From positions 896,001 through 960,000 of the forward strand of contig OY771506.1 of NCBI GenBank assembly GCA_963674705.1: a DNA stretch of 64,000 bases, given 5' to 3'. This document shows, in pieces, positions 40,122 to 48,863 of this stretch. Position 1 is the stretch's first letter. Each line of letters starts with the position of its first letter. Made by a program: the position numbers and the translations under genes. The notes under the pieces are model-generated. The model worked only from the letters and a program-made list of their open reading frames with translations, searched no databases and had not been told where the DNA came from. The stretch comes from Phycisphaeraceae bacterium (GTDB lineage Bacteria; Planctomycetota; Phycisphaerae; Phycisphaerales; Phycisphaeraceae).

Positions 40122-41069
40122 ATGATAATGAAGAATCGGCCCCTCATTCACGCCGCCTTGCTTCTTTCAACCCTGCTCATCGCAACGCCCACCAATGCCT
40201 GGCACGACGAGGGCCACTACTATTCCGCACGCGCCGCCGTCAATGCGCTGCCCGAAGATGTCCCAGAGTTCTTCCGGCAAGGCGTCGGCACCGTCGCACA
40301 CTGTTCGCTCGACCCCGATGTCTTCAAAGTCCGTGAATTGCCGCAGCTCAATCACAGCGAATACCCCGAACACTTCCTCGACATCGAATTGCTCAAAGGC
40401 AAGCCACTGCCCGCACAGCGATCCGAATTCCTCAAGCTCTGTTACGACAACGATCTCGACCCGAGCAAGGTCGGCACACTGCCGTATGCCATCACCGAAT
40501 GGACGCAGAAGCTGACGATGGCGTTCGCCGAATACCGCCAGCACCCCGACAACCCGCACATCCACGCCAAGTGCCTCGTCTACGCGGGTATTCTCTCGCA
40601 TTACGCAGCCGACCTGCACATGCCGTTGCACACGACCGTCCACTGGGACGGCCGATACGAGCAAAACATGCCCTACACCCGCACGGGCATCCACACCAAG
40701 GTCGACGCCCTGCCGACTTTCATCCCATACAACGACCTGTACGCCGAACCGCTGCCGACCCCGCTCGCCTCATCGGACATCTTCAGTTTCACGAAGGAGG
40801 AATTCGACAAGAGCCATAAGCTGGTCGACAGCGTTTACAAACTCGAAGACAAACTCCCCACCACGTGGGACCCGCGGATACACAACGACGAAGTCCGCGA
40901 CTTCACGATCGAGCGCATGCGCGCCGCCGCCGCCTTCACCGCCGACCTCTACCTAAGCGCCTGGCGCAACTCCGCCAACATCGAAGTCCCCGACTGGATG
41001 GACCGCACCATCTTCGACGACGACTTCGACCCAACCGTCGTCCCCCCACAACCCGATCGTCAACGCTAA
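40122..41069 (+). CDS. S1/P1 nuclease / Zn-phospholipase-C-fold secreted enzyme
   Basis: Signal peptide, then mature 'WHDEGH'; 'HYAADLHMPLH'; 'IHTKVD' Zn ligands. Confidence 0.82.
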   Translation: MIMKNRPLIHAALLLSTLLIATPTNAWHDEGHYYSARAAVNALPEDVPEFFRQGVGTVAHCSLDPDVFKVRELPQLNHSEYPEHFLDIELLKGKPLPAQRSEFLKLCYDNDLDPSKVGTLPYAITEWTQKLTMAFAEYRQHPDNPHIHAKCLVYAGILSHYAADLHMPLHTTVHWDGRYEQNMPYTRTGIHTKVDALPTFIPYNDLYAEPLPTPLASSDIFSFTKEEFDKSHKLVDSVYKLEDKLPTTWDPRIHNDEVRDFTIERMRAAAAFTADLYLSAWRNSANIEVPDWMDRTIFDDDFDPTVVPPQPDRQR

Positions 41070-41072
41070 CTG

Positions 41073-41140
41073 CAAAGCCGCGACCATCGGTCGCGCTCTT
41101 ACACCCTCTCCCCTCGGGAGAGGGCCGGGGTGAGGGCCGT
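41073..41140. repeat. Composite REP-like palindromic element (copy 1)
   Basis: GCCGCGACCATCGGTCGCGC joined to CCCTCTCCC..GGGAGAGGG..GGGGTGAGGG; related copies at 48481, 48596, 49945 and 54180. Confidence 0.8.
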
Positions 41141-41194
41141 ACTGATTGTGTAATCAATCACAAATAAAAAACCCGCGACAACATCGCAGGTCTT

Positions 41195-41363
41195 TCACAT
41201 AGCCCGAACATCTTGGTCGGGTTTCTTCATTCCCACACACACCCGTTTAGCTCCGCAGCTCGCTGCGGAATACGGCCCGCCAGGGCCGCTCAAATAAACA
41301 CCCGACCCAATCAGCGAATGTGTTGTCATAAAAAAACCCGACCAAAATGGTCGGGCTATATGA
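41195..41363. repeat. REPIN/MITE-like element with ~30-bp inverted ends
   Basis: ATAGCCCGAACATCTTGGTCGGGTTT ... AAACCCGACCAAAATGGTCGGGCTAT; the internal palindrome CCGTTTAGCTCCGCAGCTCGCTGCGGA recurs inverted near 48748-48774. Confidence 0.7.
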
Positions 41364-41395
41364 ACCGTGCGACTCATGGTCGCGGCCTTACAAAA

Positions 41396-44300
41396 TCAAT
41401 TCGCGCCCGAATCCATATCATTCGCCGGCCCGGACGCCGAAGTGATATCCGGCTTGATCTCGGTGATTAACTCGGGCGTATCCAGCCAGGCCCGCAACGA
41501 CTCGCGCGTGTCGCGATCGATCAGCGAAGTCAGTGCTTCCGTGGCCTTGTCCATCTCGTCCGGGCTGCGCCAGCAGAAGCTCGACCAATCGACCTGCTTG
41601 AACTCATCCGCCCACTCCCACGCTGACGGGCCGATCTTGTCGACCAGCATTCGCAGCACGTCCGCCTGCATCTCCGGCTTCACATCGAAGTACAGCTTGC
41701 GGAACTCCGCATCCGCCAGTTTCTGTACCGCGCCGGGGTCCTGTTCATACACGAGCACAAGAAGCGCGTCCGTTACCCATATCAATTGCTGCGGTGTGAG
41801 TCGTTGACCTTCTCTCTCGATCAGATCGTCCAGCGCTTTTGACGCAACGGCAAGCGACCGCTGTTTGTACCGAAGCCCCTCCTGGTTGTTCATCTGCGCC
41901 AGCAGGTCCGCAACCAGGTACGTATGGAACGGCACGGGCAGGTTCGGGATAGCCAGTCTGCCGTATCGGCCATCCTCCACACCGAACAGTTCAGCCTTGA
42001 GGAACGGCTCGGCATAAGCCGGGTTCACTTCCTTCCACGCGTGATACATCAACCACGGCCGCGCCTGGTATGCCTCGGACAACGCCTCGCGGTAGTTGAT
42101 CATCGTCTGCTCGGCAGCGCCCATCGGGAAGAAGTCCCGGATGCACAGCGCCGCCGGCGAAATACGCAGTGTGCCCGCGTTCGCCGGGATCTCGTCTTCA
42201 CCCGTGAACAGGTGTTTGCCACGAACGATCAGGTGCGGTTTGATCGGCTGTGGATTGGCGTATTGTAGCCGCGCGATCTGTTCAAAACCCGCCAGGAAAG
42301 ACTCGACATCCGCCTCGACATACTTCGCATACATCTTCGCCCATTCATCAAACATCAGCGGATACTGCGGCGCGACATACGGCCGCAACGCGTACAGCGG
42401 GTCTTCTTCCTCGCGCTCACTGATCTGCTGCACACCCGCCAGCGCCGACGGCAACGGGATGCCGAACGACAACACCGGACGATCGTCTTCAACCGTCGCG
42501 CCGATGCCCGACATCGACATGGTGCTGGATAGATCGTTGCGATCCTTCGCCAGCGCCTCACGCAACACCGGATTAATCAGGTCCAGCGAGCTTTCTCTAA
42601 CCATCAGAGGAGAATTGAATGTCGACCCCTGCGTCGCGGGCAACTTCAACTGCCCGCACCACTGCACAAACTGATCCGTGCTTTCCTTCGTGACCTGCTC
42701 GGTCGTAAACTCGTCGATCAATTGCCCGCTAATAGCGTCGATCGCCTGCAGGCATACACCCGCCGTCGCGCCTTCACCGGTCCATGCACGGCCGACGATC
42801 AACACCGTGCCCGTCATCGTGCGGTGATCGATCGACCGCGGGTCTTGCCTCGTATCATCCAACCAGAAGCGGCGCGTCACGATCGCCATGTCACGATGCG
42901 CCTTGTCCGCCGCTTCGGTCAGGCTCGCCGTCAACGCTTTCGTCTGGTAATACATGCCCAGTTCATCGACCGGCAGGATCGGACCAACCACCAGCAACCG
43001 CGGCGCTTCGCCCGAAACTTCGGCGACGGTGACATCTTCAGGTAATCGCAGGTCCAGATAGTTGCGCAGCGCCGCAACAAACAAATCAGTTTTGTTTTCG
43101 ACCTGGTCCGCTTCGGCACGCGCCAACAGACGCGATCGCCCGGTCGACAAATCCGTCACCCACAGCGACAACACGTTGCCGCCGGGACCGGTCGAATCGA
43201 CGACACGCAAGACTACTTGTGCAGGCGTACCACACACATCATCCATGTGACCGACCAGGGCCTTGCCTTCATCAATATCAACAAAAAACCTTAGCGCCAT
43301 CCGGTCCACGACCGTGATACCGGGCGCATTCTTAAAAGATGCGAGCAGACGTTCGAGCAGGATCGCGGTAGGCTTACCCGTGCCTGCATAACTCAACTCA
43401 GGCATGCCGATCGAAACGTAAAGCCGATCAAGCCCCGGACTCGGCACCACACCGGCGGTTGTCTGGACGCCCGCACAAGGCACCATCACCGGGATCGTGC
43501 CGTAACCATCCACCCACGCATCGGCATGGATCAACGCGTCGGCAGAAGAAGTCCCCGCACGGACCAGTGAAAGCTCATACGAAACAGGTTGGCCGTTGCT
43601 GACATCGGTATCGGTGATGCCCGTGCTGTCGGCAGGCAGCAGCGCAACCTTCGCCACGCTGCCATCGGCATCAATACGATGCACCGCGATCTGCACTTCG
43701 CCTTCGTATCGGTCACGCCCGGCGATCAGGCCCGTGCTGTCCCAGCCGACGTGAACGTTGCCATCGTAAGGCGTCGCCGAAACACCCGTCACGATCGGCG
43801 GCGCCATCGCCACCAGCGTCTGGTCGCGCGATGATGCCGTGGCAAACGTCACCGCACGACTCGCACCGTTTGATCCCATGATCACCGAATGCGCAATCCC
43901 GTTGAACTTCGCTTCGCCCGGGACAAACTTGTAATCCAACACGCCGCCCGCTTCCACAGGCACCACGCCGACCACTTCGCTTCCTGCTGTACCCGTGCGA
44001 CGAAGCAACTGGTTTTGCCATTGCACACGCCAACGGCCGACGCCCTGACTGTCCAGCACGATCCCCGTCGGCACAGATACCGCAGACTCGACAACCACAG
44101 GCAAATCGTTCGGCAAATCAGGCAACACCTGATCGATCGAGCCCGCCGCGGACGCCTGCCACAACAAAACATTTTCCCAACCCGGGGCATCAAGCCGCGC
44201 CTGCAAACGCATCGCCGGCGCTGGTTTGTCCTTCACACCAAGCGTCCAGGTAACACGATCGCCCGCGACCTTCGGTTCAGGCACATGAGCGAAACTGCCG

Positions 44301-45232
44301 GCCGGCGTATCAAACAAACGCTTGCCTTCGCTATCAAATCCTGTCAGCCGATAGTAAAGCAGATTCGCGCCGACAACTTCAGGCACATCATCAAACACTT
44401 CAAACGTCAGCGAACCGGTTGCACGGTTGAATCCATCAACCTTCGCGCGATCGATCTGCTTGAACGGGCCTTGCTCATCCAATGCGCGATAAAGCACAAC
44501 CGAAGTTGCCATGCTCAACCGACTGTCACGAGCACTGGAAGCCGGTTTGAACTCGACGTTGAACGTGTAACGAGAATCATCTGATCTTTCGACATCGATA
44601 TGCACGCCATCCATCGCAACGTCGCTGACTTCGGATGCGCTTGCAGCCGCCCATGTCATGTTGTTGTCTACCGCTTGCTTGCGTGCTTCGACGACAACCG
44701 GTTTGGAATTGTTGTCTTCAGCGACTTCGCCATCACCTACGCCGTACTCCGTCTTGAGCACCTGCACAGCGATCACGATGCCGATGCCGATGGTCAGCAC
44801 CGCGATCCCCAGGCCGATCAACAGTTTTAACTTGCTGCCACCACCGGTTTTAATGCGCATCTCTTTGCCGGCGTACACCTCGTACAGCCGGGTCATGCGG
44901 TCGTCGACTTCCTGTGAAATCGCCTGATCGCTGGATGTGCCGTCGCCCATCGTCGAGCCGCCGCTAGTCTCGCCGCTGCCGCGCGATCGCAGGCGGATAG
45001 AACTTCGGCCCGCGGTGGCGTCACGGGAGCCGGTAGACTCCAAAGCGTCGTTTTCAAGCGATGTGAGGTCGCCGAGGTCCGGTTCGGGCCCTGGGGCGAG
45101 CTGAGGGCTGGTATCCCCAACCTCGGGCACCGTGAGCGTCTTGCGGCAGGACGGACAGCGGACCATCTGCCCTGCCAACTGGTCCGGTGCAGCGAACACG
45201 GATCCGCAACTGCAGGTCACTTGTATCTTCAT
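41396..45232 (-). CDS. Large bitopic membrane protein with N-terminal zinc ribbon and extracytoplasmic beta-rich/FN3-like domains
   Basis: 'CSCG...CPSC' zinc ribbon; single TM 'LLIGLGIAVLTIGIGIVIAV'; FN3-like 'VSATPYDGNVHVGWD...TDTDVSNGQPVSYEL'. Confidence 0.7.
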   Translation of the reverse strand: MKIQVTCSCGSVFAAPDQLAGQMVRCPSCRKTLTVPEVGDTSPQLAPGPEPDLGDLTSLENDALESTGSRDATAGRSSIRLRSRGSGETSGGSTMGDGTSSDQAISQEVDDRMTRLYEVYAGKEMRIKTGGGSKLKLLIGLGIAVLTIGIGIVIAVQVLKTEYGVGDGEVAEDNNSKPVVVEARKQAVDNNMTWAAASASEVSDVAMDGVHIDVERSDDSRYTFNVEFKPASSARDSRLSMATSVVLYRALDEQGPFKQIDRAKVDGFNRATGSLTFEVFDDVPEVVGANLLYYRLTGFDSEGKRLFDTPAGSFAHVPEPKVAGDRVTWTLGVKDKPAPAMRLQARLDAPGWENVLLWQASAAGSIDQVLPDLPNDLPVVVESAVSVPTGIVLDSQGVGRWRVQWQNQLLRRTGTAGSEVVGVVPVEAGGVLDYKFVPGEAKFNGIAHSVIMGSNGASRAVTFATASSRDQTLVAMAPPIVTGVSATPYDGNVHVGWDSTGLIAGRDRYEGEVQIAVHRIDADGSVAKVALLPADSTGITDTDVSNGQPVSYELSLVRAGTSSADALIHADAWVDGYGTIPVMVPCAGVQTTAGVVPSPGLDRLYVSIGMPELSYAGTGKPTAILLERLLASFKNAPGITVVDRMALRFFVDIDEGKALVGHMDDVCGTPAQVVLRVVDSTGPGGNVLSLWVTDLSTGRSRLLARAEADQVENKTDLFVAALRNYLDLRLPEDVTVAEVSGEAPRLLVVGPILPVDELGMYYQTKALTASLTEAADKAHRDMAIVTRRFWLDDTRQDPRSIDHRTMTGTVLIVGRAWTGEGATAGVCLQAIDAISGQLIDEFTTEQVTKESTDQFVQWCGQLKLPATQGSTFNSPLMVRESSLDLINPVLREALAKDRNDLSSTMSMSGIGATVEDDRPVLSFGIPLPSALAGVQQISEREEEDPLYALRPYVAPQYPLMFDEWAKMYAKYVEADVESFLAGFEQIARLQYANPQPIKPHLIVRGKHLFTGEDEIPANAGTLRISPAALCIRDFFPMGAAEQTMINYREALSEAYQARPWLMYHAWKEVNPAYAEPFLKAELFGVEDGRYGRLAIPNLPVPFHTYLVADLLAQMNNQEGLRYKQRSLAVASKALDDLIEREGQRLTPQQLIWVTDALLVLVYEQDPGAVQKLADAEFRKLYFDVKPEMQADVLRMLVDKIGPSAWEWADEFKQVDWSSFCWRSPDEMDKATEALTSLIDRDTRESLRAWLDTPELITEIKPDITSASGPANDMDSGAN

Positions 45233-45562
45233 AATTCACCCGGCAAATTCGATTTAAAAAAATGACACCACCCCGAGCCTGAAAACTGGAGGCACAATAT
45301 GGGTCCAACCAGCCAAGGTCCCGTACACCGCCTCACCCGGCGCACGGATTATACCGGCTACACATCCCCACTTACGGGCATCTAGAGACCTACGTTCGAT
45401 ATTTTGGGGTTTATATTACGTTATCCCCTATTTTACCCAACTTTACATCTCCACACCCCTATGACGTTTAACGTGGGTAAGTGTTCAAAAATTTCATCCA
45501 TGAAGTTCCGGTTAGACGGTCTGATCCGGTTGTATTCGCTCAGATATCGTGTACAGTAGACA

Positions 45563-45796
45563 AAGCAGGGAGTGGAGAAAGACCCCCTGGGAGGGAAGCT
45601 GAGAGGAGAAAACCGTTCTTTTGGGAGAAAGACGGATCGGGAGAAAGTTAGGAGACGGAGAAAGCGCAGGAGGCGGAGAAAGCAGGAGTGGAGAGAGTAG
45701 GAGAGGAGAAAGGCAGGGAAGCACCTTGGGGAGAACAAGCAGGGATGCCCAACTCAGCTTCCAAGACCCTCGGCGAAAGCCGAGGGTTTTTCTTTT
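45563..45796 (+). ncRNA. Candidate GGA-repeat (CsrB/Rsm-like) small RNA
   Basis: 19 GGA and 7 GGAGAAA in ~180 nt; TTGTAT-N16-TACAGT upstream; GAAA-tetraloop terminator at the 3' end; no credible ORF. Confidence 0.6.
45764..45796 (+). terminator. Intrinsic terminator ending the GGA-rich unit
   Basis: ACCCTCGGC-GAAA-GCCGAGGGT followed by TTTTCTTTT. Confidence 0.88.
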
Positions 45797-46144
45797 GTCA
45801 ACCCCAACGACTTATCCACCACCCAACAGGCGCACAGCCCTGTCGTGATTGAACGCTATGCGCACGTTGAGGACAGGCACAAAACACCGTTGATGGATGC
45901 CCTTTTACCGGGTTCATGCGCGCAGCCTGTCACACGCACTCGACTTGCTCGCGAGGATCGTATAGTGCATGGCCGCCACGATGAAGTGGCGATCGTAAAG
46001 GATGTCATTGCTTATATGGCTTGAGGTGCTGGGGTGTCGGGTGATACATCCCGGTTATGCGGCAGTGATGGGTGTGTGGCCGTATGATGATTGGTATACT
46101 CGCTAAGAGATTTCAATACTCGAACACAACACCGGGAAAACCGA

Positions 46145-46597
46145 ATGGAGCCGAACTCTTTAGGTGACTCAATCCATCAACAGATAGAGGACCTTTGCTC
46201 CCTTGGGGACAGCCAGGTTGAACAAGGCAACCTGAAGATAGCACTTAAGTCATATCATGATGCACTTCATTTGCTACCTGAACCGGTCGAAGACTGGGAG
46301 GCCGCCACTTGGATCTACACGGCCATTGGCGACCTGTATTTCCAAGCAAGACAATTTTCAGATGCGATAGAAGCACTCAAGGCGGCGGTGCGATGTCCGG
46401 GTGGATTAGGCAATCCATTTATTCATCTGAGGCTTGGTGAATCACATTATGAATTGGGTCACGAGGATCTGGCAGCAGACGAATTAACCAGAGCATATAT
46501 GGGGGCCGGACGAGATATATTTGCAGCCGAAGACCCTAAGTACATAGACTTTTTAGCCACGCGGATTAAACCGCCTACCGGACAAGAACATTTGTAA
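46145..46597 (+). CDS. TPR protein of the type found in toxin-immunity islands
   Basis: TPR helices; 'GNPFIHLRLGE..YELG....A.DELTRAYMGAG..IF..EDPKY'. Confidence 0.72.
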   Translation: MEPNSLGDSIHQQIEDLCSLGDSQVEQGNLKIALKSYHDALHLLPEPVEDWEAATWIYTAIGDLYFQARQFSDAIEALKAAVRCPGGLGNPFIHLRLGESHYELGHEDLAADELTRAYMGAGRDIFAAEDPKYIDFLATRIKPPTGQEHL

Positions 46598-46691
46598 CTG
46601 GATACGGTAATAATCGGGAGATGTACTTTATCAGTTTGTGAACACAGTGTGGCACCCGACTAAACAGCGCCGCAAACCAGGGGCAATTGAA

Positions 46692-47171
46692 ATGCAAGGG
46701 TTGGAACAGATAATTGAGTTGATTAAAGAAAATCAGGGTATCGCAGAGTTCGCTAACTTTGGTGACGGAGCTAGTGATGAATGGATTACCAAAGCCGAAG
46801 AGGCGATCGGTTGCCCCTTGCCCGATAGCTACAAATGGTGGTTTGCGAAATACGGTGGCGGAGAGATTGGAGGCGAAGAAATCTTCAGCGTTTATGAAGA
46901 AGACTTCGATGAGGTTGTAGGTGGAGACGTGGTTTACATGTATCGCCTCGATGCTGAAGAGAATAAGCGAAAATACAGAATCCCGATCTGCCACAGTGAC
47001 GTTGATGGAGTCTTTGCTTTCAACGTTCAACAAGGAGTTTCAAATAACGAGTATTCAGTGGTGAGTGAAGCAACCGGAACGAAATACGCTGAGAATTTTT
47101 TGGATTTTTTGGTTAAGCGAATTGCATGCTTCAAGGAACGACGCGGGCTCTGCCCCTCCCCGCTTTCGTGA
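46692..47171 (+). CDS. SMI1/KNR4 (SUKH) immunity protein
   Basis: 'GASDEWITKAEEAIGCPLPDSYKWWFAKYGGG' and C-terminal 'YAENFLDFL'. Confidence 0.85.
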   Translation: MQGLEQIIELIKENQGIAEFANFGDGASDEWITKAEEAIGCPLPDSYKWWFAKYGGGEIGGEEIFSVYEEDFDEVVGGDVVYMYRLDAEENKRKYRIPICHSDVDGVFAFNVQQGVSNNEYSVVSEATGTKYAENFLDFLVKRIACFKERRGLCPSPLS

Positions 47172-47222
47172 TGTAAGGGCCGAGGACATAGATAACAGTT
47201 AAATTCCTGCGGTAGACGCGCA

Positions 47223-47531
47223 ATGGAAAAATTTGATTTAGATTGCGGCAGTGCAACGCCGGAGGCGTACGACGATGTGAGCAAAGAGGCGCTGCACATT
47301 CTCAATGTATACTTCATCGACGATGTGAACAGGAACCGAGTGGTCAATTTCGCCTGCGCAAGAGTCTTGCACTTTCACAAACACCTACCCAAAGGCAGTT
47401 CTCAAAGAGTTATATTCGATCTGAGGGGGCAACCGGTTGGTAACAATAATTTGGAATCGGCGCGAATGGCGATTGAACAAGAAGCTGTGAAGTATGGAAT
47501 CCGAATCTCCGTCGAATTCTTAACGAGTTAG
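47223..47531 (+). CDS. Hypothetical protein, possibly a degenerate restriction-endonuclease-fold toxin tip
   Basis: 102-aa ORF; 'HLPKGSSQRVIFDLRGQ' recalls C-termini of polymorphic nuclease toxins (from memory). Confidence 0.45.
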   Translation: MEKFDLDCGSATPEAYDDVSKEALHILNVYFIDDVNRNRVVNFACARVLHFHKHLPKGSSQRVIFDLRGQPVGNNNLESARMAIEQEAVKYGIRISVEFLTS

Positions 47532-47533
47532 TT

Positions 47534-47833
47534 ATGGCGTATAACTTTACCGCTGAGAATCTTGGCAAGCAGGACCTACATGCCCTGGGAAAACGACTGT
47601 CTGAGTACAGCTTAATCGAGTTTTTTCCTGTTGAAGTATCCGCCGCGTCGCTTACATTGGGAATTTCTGTCCCGTTCAAAGCAATAGGCGATCCGGGATT
47701 TAGAACAGAGATCGAAAATGCGATGAGCTATTTGGTGACGGAGCAAGGATTCGTAGTAACCGATCTCTACACCGGCAACACAATCGCTCCCAGCGATATC
47801 CCCGGCTTGGCTCAACAGATCTCAAGGGGATAA
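47534..47833 (+). CDS. Small hypothetical protein
   Basis: 99-aa ORF starting 2 nt after the upstream stop; same AT-richer composition as its neighbours. Confidence 0.6.
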   Translation: MAYNFTAENLGKQDLHALGKRLSEYSLIEFFPVEVSAASLTLGISVPFKAIGDPGFRTEIENAMSYLVTEQGFVVTDLYTGNTIAPSDIPGLAQQISRG

Positions 47834-47912
47834 CGAGCGATAATAGCAGAGATAACGAGGCCTGACCTCGTTCAACTAGCTGATCGAAGTGAAGTATGAT
47901 ACCCGCTCAATT

Positions 47913-48398
47913 TCAAGTAACCACAAAATGATTTTTGTGTGATGCCGGCGTGAAAAGTCGCCAGTGCTCGGAATGGTTGCTGCCGTCGGGGAACACATCC
48001 AGCCTGTAGTCATCGCTGAGCGCCATCGAAAAGCCGCCGACATCATCTACGGTGTAAGAAGTGACCTTCGGCGGGCTCATCTTGAATCTTTCGCGAAGTG
48101 ATGAGGCCTGCTGGTCGAATAGGCTCTTGCCGATCACATCCCAATCTTTGAGCACTTCGCCTTCGGGGCTGCAATAGTAATCCTGGCATGCAACCCGGAT
48201 GCGGCCTTGCTGACAAAGTCGCCAAGCACACTGAACGTGAATAGCCCATTCACCGACCGTCCTCACACCACCTCCGCGTGCAGCCACCTCGTGCATCTCA
48301 CCGAAGTGCAACCAAAGCAAATCAGCCGCACGACCGATCGTACGCAGCGGTAGTCCAACCAGAGGCGTCAGGGCTTGTTCGATCGTTTCTTTGTTCAT
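47913..48398 (-). CDS. Hypothetical protein (immunity-island type)
   Basis: 161-aa ORF with 'RAADLLWLHFG', 'HVQCAWRL' and 'EHWRLF'. Confidence 0.65.
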   Translation of the reverse strand: MNKETIEQALTPLVGLPLRTIGRAADLLWLHFGEMHEVAARGGGVRTVGEWAIHVQCAWRLCQQGRIRVACQDYYCSPEGEVLKDWDVIGKSLFDQQASSLRERFKMSPPKVTSYTVDDVGGFSMALSDDYRLDVFPDGSNHSEHWRLFTPASHKNHFVVT

Positions 48399-48480
48399 GA
48401 TAGTAATCGTAACTTATAAAAAAGCGTGGATTTAATCCCCGGGCAGGGTGCGGTTAAGTGCAGCTTACATGCAAATATTC

Positions 48481-48775
48481 TCCCTCTCCCCCCGGGAGAG
48501 GGCCGGGGTGAGGGCCGTTGTGGATTACATGCACGGTGTTTTGTATGCGATCATCATTGTTTGTTGTATCAGTTGTTCTGATCTTTACGCATAATCAATC
48601 CGGGCCCTCACCCTAATCTACTCCGGGGGCTCCCGAGGGGAGAGGGGACAAGAGCGCGACCGGTGGTCGCGGCCATACAAAAATGCGGGGACAGATTGGG
48701 GCTGTCCCGCTGAAGTGGGTTTGTTGATCGGCCCGGATGGGCCGATATCCGCAGCGAGCTGCGGAGCTAAACGGG
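48481..48775. repeat. Cluster of REP-like palindromes
   Basis: CCCTCTCCC..GGGAGAGGG unit at 48481-48516, inverted composite at 48596-48673, and TCCGCAGCGAGCTGCGGA palindrome near 48748. Confidence 0.78.
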
Positions 48776-48863
48776 GTAAGCGTAGCGTGGGATTTTTGTG
48801 GGCAACGAGAATGCGAGTGGAGATTGATTGATTGTTGCGGGGATTTCGTAAAATGGATTCATC

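Noticed and set aside
45433..45848. Short ORFs overlapping the GGA-rich tract (45433-45738 minus, 45512-45724 minus, 45621-45848 plus)
   Set aside because: Low-complexity translations that simply reflect the purine/pyrimidine skew; one reads through the terminator hairpin.
46040..47880. Integron cassette array (GTTATGC before the islet, GGATAAC after the last + strand ORF)
   Set aside because: I could not pair convincing R''/R' and L boxes into attC hairpins, and no integrase is present. An IntegronFinder run would settle it.
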